A stretch of DNA of 64,000 bases, taken from the NCBI GenBank assembly GCA_965645245.1, contig OZ287069.1:2728001-2792000 (forward strand). The letters are read 5' to 3'. Source of the DNA: Massalongia carnosa. Lineage: Eukaryota. The notes under the pieces are model-generated. The model worked only from the letters and a program-made list of their open reading frames with translations, searched no databases and was not told the DNA's origin. This document shows positions 13,109 to 23,810 of this stretch, in pieces. The position numbers and the translations under genes are program-made. How positions within the stretch are numbered: position 1 is the stretch's first letter; each line of letters starts with the position of its first letter.

Positions 13109-16100
13109 ATGGACGATCCTATAGCGTCGATAGCTCGCGAGCAGGTGACGACCGTGATTTTAAGTAAATTCGGCTTTTCGCCAAAGAAAGAGCAAGTTGA
13201 TGCTATCATGACTTTGGCACACGATCAAAAGGATCTGATATTTATCGCCAAGACTGACTTTGGAAAGAGTATTATCTTTCAAGCTATGCCGTTAATGTTC
13301 TCTTGTATTAAGATCGCTTTAATTATCATGCCTCTCAAGACCTTAGAAGCTCAACAGTGCAAGAAATTGAGCGTTACCGAGGGATGCAAGCATTTCGTGT
13401 TGGACGGTGATAGTAATAATTCTTCTAATTTAAAGTTAATTCGTGAAAACAATTATACGCATGGTGTGTATTCAAATTATCATTGAGATAAATATAAAAA
13501 CTTACTCGTTAATATGAATAGTTTTTACTAGCCCAGAGATAGCGACGTCAAAGTTGTTTAATCAGGAGGTTCTGAGGCATCCAAGTTTCTTCTTGAATTT
13601 ATGTCTTTTAGCTCTTGATGAGATACACCTTGTATCCGAATGGCGAGATTTCCGGCCCGAATAATTCAATCTCGGTGTGCTTCGTACACGATTACCAGAC
13701 GGTATTCCTTTTCTGGGTGCGTCTGCAACGCTGGATCCAAAAACCCTAGAGAGCGTTAAAGATCGCTGTGACTTTGATAACGAAAGTACTGTTATTCAAA
13801 CAGTGCTTGATCGTCCAGAGATATACATACAGATAAGCAGTTTACAGAGGCCTATGAACAGCATGATCGTCAGAAACGACCGAGAACCATGGCGGAGCAC
13901 GCACGCCCCGACCACTCTTAGCTCTCACCAAAGCGGATTCCACCTTCTATATCGCCCCGGCGGCGACACACGCGTATGCTTCTACGTCAACGAGAAAATC
14001 GACCCGGAAAGCTGGGAAGTAGAATTCCCAACCGCAGACCTATGCACGTTGAAATTGAACGTGAGCACCGACGGTGTTACGAGAACGTTGCACATTCATA
14101 ACGTGTATAACCCGTCCCCGTCTTCTTATTCATCCACAGACAGCCCCTCCACGCTCCCGGCTGTTCGTCAGCAACTCGCCGCAGATGCACAGCACGTCCT
14201 CCTCGGCGATTTCAACCTTCACCATCCATTTTGGAACGGAGTCACAAGGCCAACGCAACACGCAGCCGCGGACCAACTACTGGATATAGTAGAAGAATTC
14301 GATCTCTCACTTACACTGCCCAAAGGGACCGTTACATGGGAGGCTCGGAACTCTTTTAGCACCATAGACCTAGTATTTATGTCGGAATTCCTGACGGAAA
14401 GACTAGAACACTGCATGTCGAGACCGGAAATGAACCAATCCTCTGATCACATCCCGATTTCCACCCGCATTCTTCTCGGTAGTGAACAGCTAACGCAAGT
14501 CAAGCGCAGAGCATGGAAACTGCTGAACATGGAGAAACTGAGAGAGGCAGAAAGCAACGCCCCGCCCGTCACCCACCCCCGCTCCGCCGAGGAAATTGAC
14601 CAGTACGCTCAGACAATCCAAGAGTATCTTCAGAAAATCATAGCCGCCTCCGTCCCCTGGGCCAGACCCAGCGAATACGCGAAACCTTTTTGGAACGAAG
14701 AATGCAATCGCGCCATCCGTGAGACTCGCAAATTGCGCCGTTCCTGGTCGTCATCGCGTCACATGGACGACTGGAAAGCGTACATGAAGTCCAACGACAA
14801 GAAGCAAAAGATAATCCGAAAAGCAAAAATGCTCTCATTCCGCAAAGAGATCAGTGCAGTCACCGAGTCGCCGCTGGGCATATGGAAGCTGGCAAGATGG
14901 GCAAAAGATAGAAGCCAGAAGCCCCGCGAGATACCGAAAATGCCGCCACTGAGGCACGGAGGGCAGACGGCGGAGACGTTCGAAGAAAAAGCGGAAATGC
15001 TGAAAGCCAAGTTCTTTCCCCCACCACCGCCGGCGGACCTGAGCGACATACCTGGGTCATTCTACCCCGCTGCCGCGGATTGTCCCATGATGATCACAAA
15101 GAACGAAGTGATCGCAAACATACAATGCCTCAAGTCCGACAAGGCTCCGGGTCCTGACGGGATCACCAACAAAATCCTCAAGGCATGCTCTACAAAGCTA
15201 GCAGAATTGCTAACCCCTTTATTTCAGGCGTGCGTCACGCAAGCGTATCATCCTCGCGAGTTCAAAAGAGCGAACACGATAACGCTCAAAAAACCGGGAA
15301 AGAAAGACAACACCAGCCCAAAGGCATATCGGCCCATAGCTCTCCTGAACACAATGGGTAAAGTTCTAGAAGCGGTCATCGCAAAGAAAATCACCCACAT
15401 AGCGGAACAGCATCGGCTCTTGCCCGACACGCAAATGGGTGCTCGGCGAGGGCGATCCACCGAGTCCGCACTCGAGCTTCTCACAGAACAGGTATACACC
15501 GTATGGGGACAAGGCAACGACAAGGTGGCAACCCTACTCAGCATGGATGTGGCAGGTGCGTTTGACACGGTGTCTCACCGTAGGCTAATACACAATCTAC
15601 GGAAAAGGAAAATTCCGAAATGGATCACAGACTGGACAGCAAGCTTTCTGGAGAATAGGAAAACCACATTAGCAATAAATCGGCGAGCAACCGGGGAGTT
15701 CGCAGTGCGCACGGGCATTCCTCAAGGCTCGCCCATTTCCCCTATTCTGTATCTGTTCTACAACGCGGACCTATTAGAGATATGCCAGAGACCCGGCACG
15801 AACACGAGTGCGCTGGGATTCGTAGACGACGTAAACGTGTTGGCATACGGTAAAAGCACGGAAGAAAATTGCAGAACTCTTGAAAGAATTCACAGGAAAT
15901 GCGAATTGTGGGCGACACGGCATGGCTCCGTATTTGCACCGGATAAATATGAACTCATTCATTTGTCAAGAAATCCAAAGAAATTCAACATGACGGCCAC
16001 TATTCAAATTGAAACCAATCTGATTGAACCAAAAACGGACATAAGAGTACTGGGCCTACAAATCGACACAAAACTAAAATGGGGAGCTCATATACGGAAG

Positions 16101-18766
16101 ACGCAGGAAAAGATGACGTCGCAGTCGCTAGCGCTCACAAAAATCTCGGCATCCACCTGGGGAGCATCCTTCGCAAAGGCCCGGCAGGTCTACACCTCCG
16201 TCGTCCGCCCGGCAATGACATACGGAAGCGCCGTGTGGCACACGCCCAAGGAAATCAAGAAAAACAAGGCCACGATGTCCAAACTCAGTGTCATGCAGAA
16301 CAAATGCCTACGCACTGTGGCAGGAGCGTTTAAAGCAACACCCGTCGAGGTTCTCGAAGCGGAAACTTTCATCGCCCCTATGGAGCTACACTTGGATCAT
16401 CTGCAGATGAAAGCAAGATACCGCCTACGGGCCTCAGGGCAAGCGAAACTGATCACCACTGCCTGCAGCACAATAGCGAACAAGCTACGAGGCAAGGCAG
16501 GACGCAAAAGAATACAACGCCCCACCCTAGGAGATTTAAAACACGAATGGGCCAGCAAGATGCTAAACAACGAAGCCCCAGCCGCAATACCGCCGCCGCC
16601 CCGACCCTGGTCAGGACCCGACCCTGTCCGTCTCGAGAAATACATCACGGCACGCCGAATTATCGGAAAGCACGCAAAGACCATTACAGTACGAATCAAG
16701 GAGCGTTGGGAGACCAGGTGGAAGGCGTATCAGGACCGCGTTCCCTACCCAACAGAGGCACAGCTCGGACCACTCAACAGAACTAGATTGAAGATTCATG
16801 ACAACTTGATGAAGGCGGAAAGCGCGCTAACCACGCAAATCCGCACTGAGAAAATAGGTTTGGCAAACTTCCTGTTCAATCGTCGGGTTCCGGGAGCTAT
16901 GACTCCAGCTTGCTCGTGTGGCTGGCAGAAACAGACTGCCAAACACATCATATTACACTGCAGACTAATCGAAGGCAGATATGAGCTGCTCAGACAATTG
17001 GGCACCCACGACTACCGGACGATTACGCGTTCGTCGAAAATGCTGAAAAAGCTAACTGCATGGATAATAAAAGCAAACTTGTTAACACAGTTCTCACTAG
17101 CATCGCAAATGTTATACGAGATATAACTTCTCATTTTCGTCAAGGATTCTAAAGAAAAACGATCACAGAGAGCAGCCTGTTGCCAGCGAGGCTCCGGAGG
17201 TAGTGCGTAGTCTACGGGGTTTTTATTCCCAAGAAGGGTTTTCCTTGTATGATAAACATAGACAGCCCGCATGGGCCGGCCTTCGGCCGGTGTCATATCG
17301 GAATAAGAATAAATCAATCAATCAATCAATCAACAGCATGATCGATCTTCAACATCTTTTACCAACACGGGCTGAGAGCCCTTTTGATATTCCGAAAACG
17401 ATTATCTTCATGAATTCAATTTCATCTATCAAAAAGGCGTGTGCGCTAATGAAAGTATGGATGAATCAATTGTCCTATCCAATTGAGGCCGCTAGTTGGA
17501 TCGCGCCTTTCTTTTCCGACATGGCCACCCAAGACAAAGAAAGGATTGCGGCTCGCTTCGAAATGCCCTCGGATCAATGTAAATTTCCTCGAATCCTGAT
17601 CGCAACGGATGCATACGGGCTTGGTATTGATAATGCAGACGTTATGAGAGTTACGCAATGGTTGCTACCCTCGTCAATGGCGAAGCTATATCAACGTTTA
17701 GGTCGTGCTATGCGTTGCGGTCGAGGACAGGCGCATTTTACTCTTTTGCATCCTTCTTGGTGCATAGGTCCAAGAAGCGGATCAAAAATGGACGAACAGG
17801 ACGGATCTGATGACGCGGGAATCGAGATTGAATCCAAGGCCAGTAAACGCTGCATCAATCAAAAGGATGCTGATCGGCGACGAGATATGCCACCGGGTCT
17901 TTAGGAGATAATCAATGTGCCTTCAGATGATTGCGTTCGAGGTATTGGCTTGAATTTCTTCAATGATAAAGTGTATCCAACGTCGGCCTATGTTAAGCCG
18001 CAACCTTGCTGTTCAATTTGCGATCCAAGTTTTCAGACATCAACATCCGCCAATGAGATGTTAAATAGAACGGCCGAGCGTGACTCGTCTAGGCGGCCTT
18101 GGTTCACCCTTAAACTTCGAGAATGGAGGGAGGCCAAGGCGCAGGAAAAGTTCCCAAATTCACATATGCGATACTTCCCATCATTGATAATGCCCGATGA
18201 GGTACTGAATTCTTTGACCACTTGGGCGGATCAGATTGTGGACGAGCCCACCATGCGGCGATGGATTGGTAACACATGGGCTGGTATTAGGGCCTACGGC
18301 ACCGAGCTTTTAGAAATTTTAAAGCGGGGTCAAGCGATGAGATTATGTAGACGAGGGAGACATGTTCGAGGAATGGAAACGACACAACGACATAAAGCGA
18401 AAACGATTACCCAGCCTAACATGCAACTCCGCCAGTATTGAATTTGAGGAACGGAGGAAAAACTGGATGATCAAACAAGGATGTATGTCGAGAAAGGTTT
18501 TTAATAAGCGAAATGCGGTCAAGAAGAAAGTCTCGAAGGAAAGCGAGAGCACGGAGCCATCGGGCGAGAATCCTGCGCCTGATCACAATATCTCCGATGC
18601 GGCGCTCGTTGTTGACAATGTTGATGCTCTTAAATCATCGATGAAGGCATCAAAGACCAAAAAAGCGCCTCCAGATCCTATGGAAGCGTTGTCGCTGAAT
18701 GTACCCATGGCCCTTCCTCCGACACGATCTAGACAAGAAAGAAAGTGCCCCGTCCGCTACCTCTGA
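13109..18766 (+). pseudogene. RecQ-family SF2 helicase pseudogene interrupted by a LINE (intron 13464-13521)
   Basis: Motifs AKTDFGKS (Walker A with G>D), IMPLKTL, FTSPE, LDEIH..EWRDFRP, SATL, DRPEI | LINE | KTIIF, ILIATDAYGLGID, QRLGRAMR, C..R...CCSICDP and an HRDC-like tail. Stops at 13662-13664 and 17902-17904; frameshift near 18340. Confidence 0.9.
13870..17331 (+). mobile_element. Tad1-like LINE, 5'-truncated at the start of ORF2 (APE endonuclease + reverse transcriptase + CCHC), ORF open to 17126
   Basis: EPW, HNVYNP, GDFNLHHPFW, STIDLVF, SDHIPI (APE); KAPGPDG, YRPIALLN, DVAGAFD, GIPQGSPISP, FVDD (RT); CSCG..H...HC. (AATC)5 tail at 17312-17331; 13-bp TSD AACAGCATGATCG at 13857-13869 and 17332-17344. 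Confidence 0.96.
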
Positions 18767-18932
18767 CACTGTAAAGCCGCGCGGCGCGGATTTACATGAC
18801 TAGGCTTTTTATAGCCTGACAGTGGTTATAACACATGATTATCCATCTTGAGAGGTGCGTTGTTGGTATAAAATACAGTCTCTGGTAAACTAATACGACC
18901 CTAATCATTGTATTAAATCCAATTTTATTACG

Positions 18933-19057
18933 CGGATTTGGCCGTAATTTTGAGTTTTGCGCTCAGACGTGCTATCGCACTGATGCTAGTCAGCAGCGAC
19001 GCTAACCCGGAGGGGCTTAGCCGGCTCATAGAGCCACGCACGTCTGAGGTACTGAGG
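18933..19057 (-). repeat. Right terminal inverted repeat of the helicase element
   Basis: Reverse complement of 12550-12678, perfect over the outer 58 bp. Confidence 0.92.
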
Positions 19058-19729
19058 GGGCCACTACTCTGCTCTCCTAAATCTAATCACCAAAGCCCGC
19101 GATGGCAGAACTATCAAACAGGTTAGGTGCCTACCCACTCAACCTTATAGGAAGGAAGAAAAGATGAGAGAGGAAAAGGAAAGGTGCACTGCTCACATAG
19201 GATTAATCCCTAATCTAGGTGGGGTTTTCCGTCATCATGCAGATAGAGAACGAGGAAGAGAATGAGTGAGCAAGACGGGTTACCTTTTTGGATGGATGGA
19301 GGGAAGGGGGTGGGAGGGAAACCCCCATTTTACTAGGGATGGATGAACTACTGATTATGAAAATGATGATGTGATAACTCCCTGCTTGCCGTAGAACGAA
19401 AGCAGCAAGGGGGAGCAAAGGGTAAAAGGGTGAGGCTAGGGAAGGGAGGGGGCTGAGTAGGATTGTGAACGTTCTCCATAAGGTTATTCTTATATGCAGA
19501 AATGGGAAAGAGCGGAAAGGCGGTGGGTGGAGGGACGTAAATTGATGTCATGTCCCTAGGGCGAGAGATAACTCGGAACAGGCATGGTTCTTGAAGCAAC
19601 CAAACCAATCTATCGAGCAAATCTTCCCTCAGCAAATCCAGCCCGAATCCATAAACAAACGCTCATGCTCCTAAGCCCCATTCTCTTTTCCGCAATAGGT
19701 AGCCAACGATGGCCTATCCCCACAACCTC

Positions 19730-19766
19730 CCTCAGCGCCTCAGCGCCTCAGCGCCTCAGCGCCTCA
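19730..19766. repeat. Tandem repeat (CCTCAGCG)4.6
   Basis: Read directly; overlaps the stop codon of the peptidase gene. Confidence 0.9.
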
Positions 19767-20665
19767 CACCCCTTCGCCACCGTTCGCCGATTGTTCATCT
19801 CCCCAACCAAAGCCGCAATCAACGCGACCGCCACCTTTCTTCCCCTCTCCACATCCTCCTCCCCGACATCGCCGGGCACATGTAAGAACATGACGGGGCG
19901 ACGCGCGCCGGTGCTCGGGTCACGCCGCCAGTACTCGACGAGGGACGTGTAGTAGATGAAATCGCACAGGTAGTGGCCCGCGTCGGTGGAGGTGCGAACG
20001 TCCTCGTTCTGGGGGATAGCGTCAGTATGGACTGGGATTTTTTAGGTTAAACGGGGGTGAAGAAAGGTAATATGTAGGAAGAAGCGTAATGAAGGATAAT
20101 TAATGCAATGGCGCACCGGAAGACCTGCTTTCCATCTCCGCCAGACATCTTCTATCACAAATTCGGGGTGCAACGTCTTCGGTGCATCATACTTTCTCCT
20201 CCAGAACGTGTCGCCATCCAAAGTCTCTCCATACACGTCCTCTCTTGTGTACCCGTCTTGATGCGCACAAGTCTCCAACGCGAAGTGTTTCCGTCCCGGC
20301 GCCATGCCAATGTGCAGCACCATGTCAAAATTCGGGCCTAGCTTCTGCTGTCGATCTTTCGTGGATGTGGGGAAAAGGAGCTTCGGGATGGTTTCTCGAA
20401 TGGTTTCATAGGCAACTGTGACTGGTTCGGGGTGGGTGTGGATGTGGATAGGTGGAAGGCTGGGGACACGGTGTTTCGTTGGAAGGCTGCTGGCGATCAG
20501 GTAGGAAGGGTTTACATGATTTTCTCCAAAGGGCTAGAATGTGATCAGCCATTTCTGATAGTTATAGCCATTCCTTGGATTGAAGAGGGAGCGCACGCCA
20601 AAGCCGGTAACGAAAACATTCACCTCTCTGCTATCGTCATCATCGCCTCGATCGAGCGAGCCCAT
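19748..20665 (-). CDS. Pyroglutamyl-peptidase I (peptidase C15), 3 exons: 20665-20597, 20533-20117, 20008-19748
   Basis: VFVTGFG|PF..NPS, VLHIGMA, LETCAH (Glu), DAGHYLCDFIYY (Cys) and FLHVP (His), assembled across GT-AG introns. Confidence 0.9.
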
Positions 20666-22268
20666 GGCGCAAGGATTGTCGTGATGGGTTGGTTCTTCAA
20701 GTATGAAGGGCGAAGAAGTGGATGAGGGAGGGGCATAAGTAACTTTTTGAATGCCCCTCGATTGACTTCTTACCTTCAAAATCAAAGAACTAGAGGCAAG
20801 TTTTGGAAATTTCCCATTTATGCAGGTTGCGTGATTTCAAAGAATCCTCGCAGAAGAAAATTCAAAACAGGCATCATACCTTGCTAGTCTATGCTGACTT
20901 TCAACACCATCCAATATTTGCCGTCGCTCATCGCCAAGTTTGTGGATTTGCTTTTGTGACGACTAAACCATGAACAGTGCACAACAACATGACCGTTTGA
21001 TAGCTAAAAGATGTAATCGCCCCATTCAGGACCCAAGGTCAAAAATGGCTCAAGGTGCTAACGAACGACGGAAGCGGCTCTGCTTATTTTGGTCATTCCT
21101 GTTCTGAAGACTTGTCTCAGGCCATTGGTTATTTGAGACTTTGGACAAAGTAGGTCTGCCTAATGACTAGGTTGAAAGATCTTTCTGGTCTTAGCAGGAA
21201 CAACCCAATTTTGAATACCGGTTCAGATAGTTTGAAATGGCCCTGCCTAGCCCGTGGTAACTTATAAGAAAAACTTCCATCGAAGCAGTGTTCTTTTGAT
21301 GACCCGTTCTCCTCATCGAGTGGCTTTGGCTTCCCTTCTGTGTGTACTCCATAAAACCTCTCGTTTCACCAAGACTCCGAGTTTTAGTCGCACAAAGGTT
21401 ATTGGAATCCGCTCTTCCTTCCCATTTTATCCCATTCTGCTCCAACATACTGGGTCCGGCAAATTTAAGCCCTTCAGTCTCAAGTGGTCAGCCAACAGCC
21501 GCGAGATTTGCCAATACGGGAGGATTTATACAGGCTGCTTTAACTCTTGGGTTAAGCTGGAGAAAACATGCTTCCAGAACAAATGAGTCATGAAGAATGC
21601 CAGAGTATCATAGAAGGAGAACCCTTTCTCACAAACGCATGAACTTTTTTAGGATTGCTTCAACCTAGAAACACTCGTTACTCTTGCAATAATCACTGGG
21701 TGTTGATTAGAGAGTTTTTCAAATGTTGAGGAATGATTGAGAATGGCGGAACGGGACCAGCGTTCATCGAACGAGAGCCTTTAGTGTCTGAGTAGGTTGC
21801 ACTTCTAGGTAGCAATGAACATGCGAATGCCAAAGCCTGTTTAGCACGAAGTAGAACTACTGCAAGAAGACCAAATAGGAAGCATTGGTGCTTTAGATTT
21901 GTGATTGGAATCAATGACTAGAGCCAGACGCGAAGAATGACCACAAAAAACGGAGTAGGTACTCTGCGTTGCACCGAGAAAACCGAGGCACAAGGCCGCA
22001 ATCAAGGCCTGGGTTTGGGCACCAATGAGTTCAATGCATGCGGATTATGCAGGAAAATCTCTCGAACTGAGTTAGTTTGTACGCAAGTGTTGAAATAGCA
22101 ATACACGAGTGGGCGTTTAGGAGTGCCATTTCTTTAGCAGCACTGAAACGATTTCCGTCACACGGGCAGCAAGAGGTCGGCAAGCGACCCTGTCTTTGCA
22201 GAAAGTCTCTGAGGGAAAGAGGAAAGGGGGAAGGGAAAAGAGTATGAAGACTAGGCGGGAGGATTATG

Positions 22269-22308
22269 ACGCGTAACTATTTCCAACGAACGCGTTTGAC
22301 GAACGCGT
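22269..22308. promoter_or_regulatory. Cluster of three ACGCGT (MCB-like) boxes
   Basis: ACGCGT at 22269, 22290 and 22303, with a fourth at 23007. Confidence 0.55.
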
Positions 22309-22360
22309 CAAAGCAGAAGACGCTAGTGGGTTTCCGGCGCGTGAGTTTCTGATCCCAACC

Positions 22361-23115
22361 AACTGGTCTCAACTGGTCTAACTGGTCTCAAGAGGCCTCC
22401 AAGAGGCCTCCAAGAGGCCTTTAAGAGATCTACAGAGGGCAAACGGGTCAACAAAGGTCGCCGGACGGATGCATCAAATGAAATGTGAATTTGGCGAAAG
22501 GTCTCTCCCTAATTGCCGGAGCTTCTCTTCTTGACCACTCGTATCGTACTTCACTCCAAGAGATCCCTTCAACCCTTCAACCCTTCAACCCTTCAACCCT
22601 TCACAACCTTCAAGGACTCTTTACCCAAACCTAAACCTGAACCTGAACCTGAGCCTGAACCTGAACCTAAACCTGAACTCGAGCTCGAGCTCAGACTTTG
22701 AGCTTGAAGGTAACGTTGCAGCAGTGCGGTGTAACATCTGGCCTGAGTAGTAGTTAACTACCAATTGCTGGTGCAAGTCCCAGTTTTTGCATCATTCTCA
22801 CTGCACGCCTCCTGGACGCTACTCTGGCCTTCTCGGCATAGGAGAAAGATACGCTCCCTCCTCCGCAACGAAGTTCGAGGCGAAAAAGCCACCCTGCAAA
22901 TCTTCACGGGAAGTTTGCTCAGTGGTCGAGTGAATACGGAAGACGACCGCCCGTGTCGATCATCCCCGTCCGTCTTGCTTCATCCTCTTAACCGTTTGAG
23001 ACGTTGACGCGTCTTTTACTGCTTTAGTTAGCTTAGCCGCATTCAACCACCCCCCAACGCCTTGACGCGCTACTGTCAACTTTCGCTTGCTCTTGCTCTT
23101 GCTCTTGCTCTTGCT
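22361..23115. repeat. Cluster of different short tandem repeats upstream of the 649-aa gene
   Basis: (AACTGGTCT[C])3 at 22361, (AAGAGGCCTCC)~3 at 22390, (CCCTTCAA)~5 at 22565, (CCTRAA)-like hexamers x~9 at 22624-22680, (CTTGCT)5 at 23086. Confidence 0.85.
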
Positions 23116-23810
23116 CCTGCACCTCTCTCCTCTTCTCGGCCTCTCACTCGTGTCTGTCTTGACTTCTCCGACTTTGTCTCACCTGCTCCTATCTATTATT
23201 GGCCCGCAATCATCAGCGCCGCTTTCGAAAGCATCACGGCTTTCGCGAGTCTCGAATGTCGATGCAGTAGCCGGATCCGTCCCACGGTACTTTGCTTTCG
23301 CTCCTTCTTACACTCGCTCACACTCCTTTCCCTGCTGGCTGGCTCGAATCTCTGACGTGATCGCAACATCCCAACCACCCGCTGAATGCTTTTCCACAGC
23401 AATAGAACCAAATTCAAATAGCTTCCACCTGCCGCGCGCGACGCTTTGGAGGTAGTGAACTCAATAAGTCCGCTGGAAGAGTCAGTCGACAACTACCGAG
23501 GTACTCCGCGTCACATCATCCATCCATCCTTCTACGTCGATCACTCGTCTGTTTCGAACCATTGTCTCTATCGCTACCGGCTTCCAGCTGTACCATTGCG
23601 CCCGAGATTGAGGTGCTCCCCGATCATTACGCAGTCAAGTTCTCGAGCTCTGATCTTCTCTTCATTGAAGCGGTGCTTCGTCTGATCCAGGCTTTGAGCT
23701 CACCAACTTGATATACGAGACATTTTTGGATACCGGAGTCTCACTGTGTGCACGGGCTTTGGTGGTGCTTCCTGTAGCATCCCGATTGCTCGGTCACGAA
23801 AGAAACAACA

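Larger units (their letters stand above)
12550..19057. mobile_element. TIR-bounded DNA element carrying a RecQ-like helicase gene (AcademH-like helicase; no transposase seen)
   Basis: Perfect 58-bp inverted repeats at 12550-12607 and 19000-19057, extending imperfectly to ~130 bp. About 3.0 kb long once the nested LINE is removed; the helicase is the only coding content. Confidence 0.88.

Noticed and set aside
13677..17126. 1149-aa ORF as a genuine novel helicase-RT gene
   Set aside because: The TSD and (AATC)n tail show it is a LINE inserted into a helicase pseudogene, and an upstream stop precludes a full fusion protein.
19730..19766. CCTCAG repeat as a relic of the nearby TIR (CCTCAG...)
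   Set aside because: Only 6 bp are shared and the rest of the TIR is absent.
20800..22200. Short ORFs between the peptidase gene and the MCB cluster
   Set aside because: Overlapping short frames with no motif or consistent exon structure.
22361..22700. CRISPR-like or telomeric array
   Set aside because: Simple head-to-tail microrepeats without spacers and not TTAGGG; eukaryotic context.
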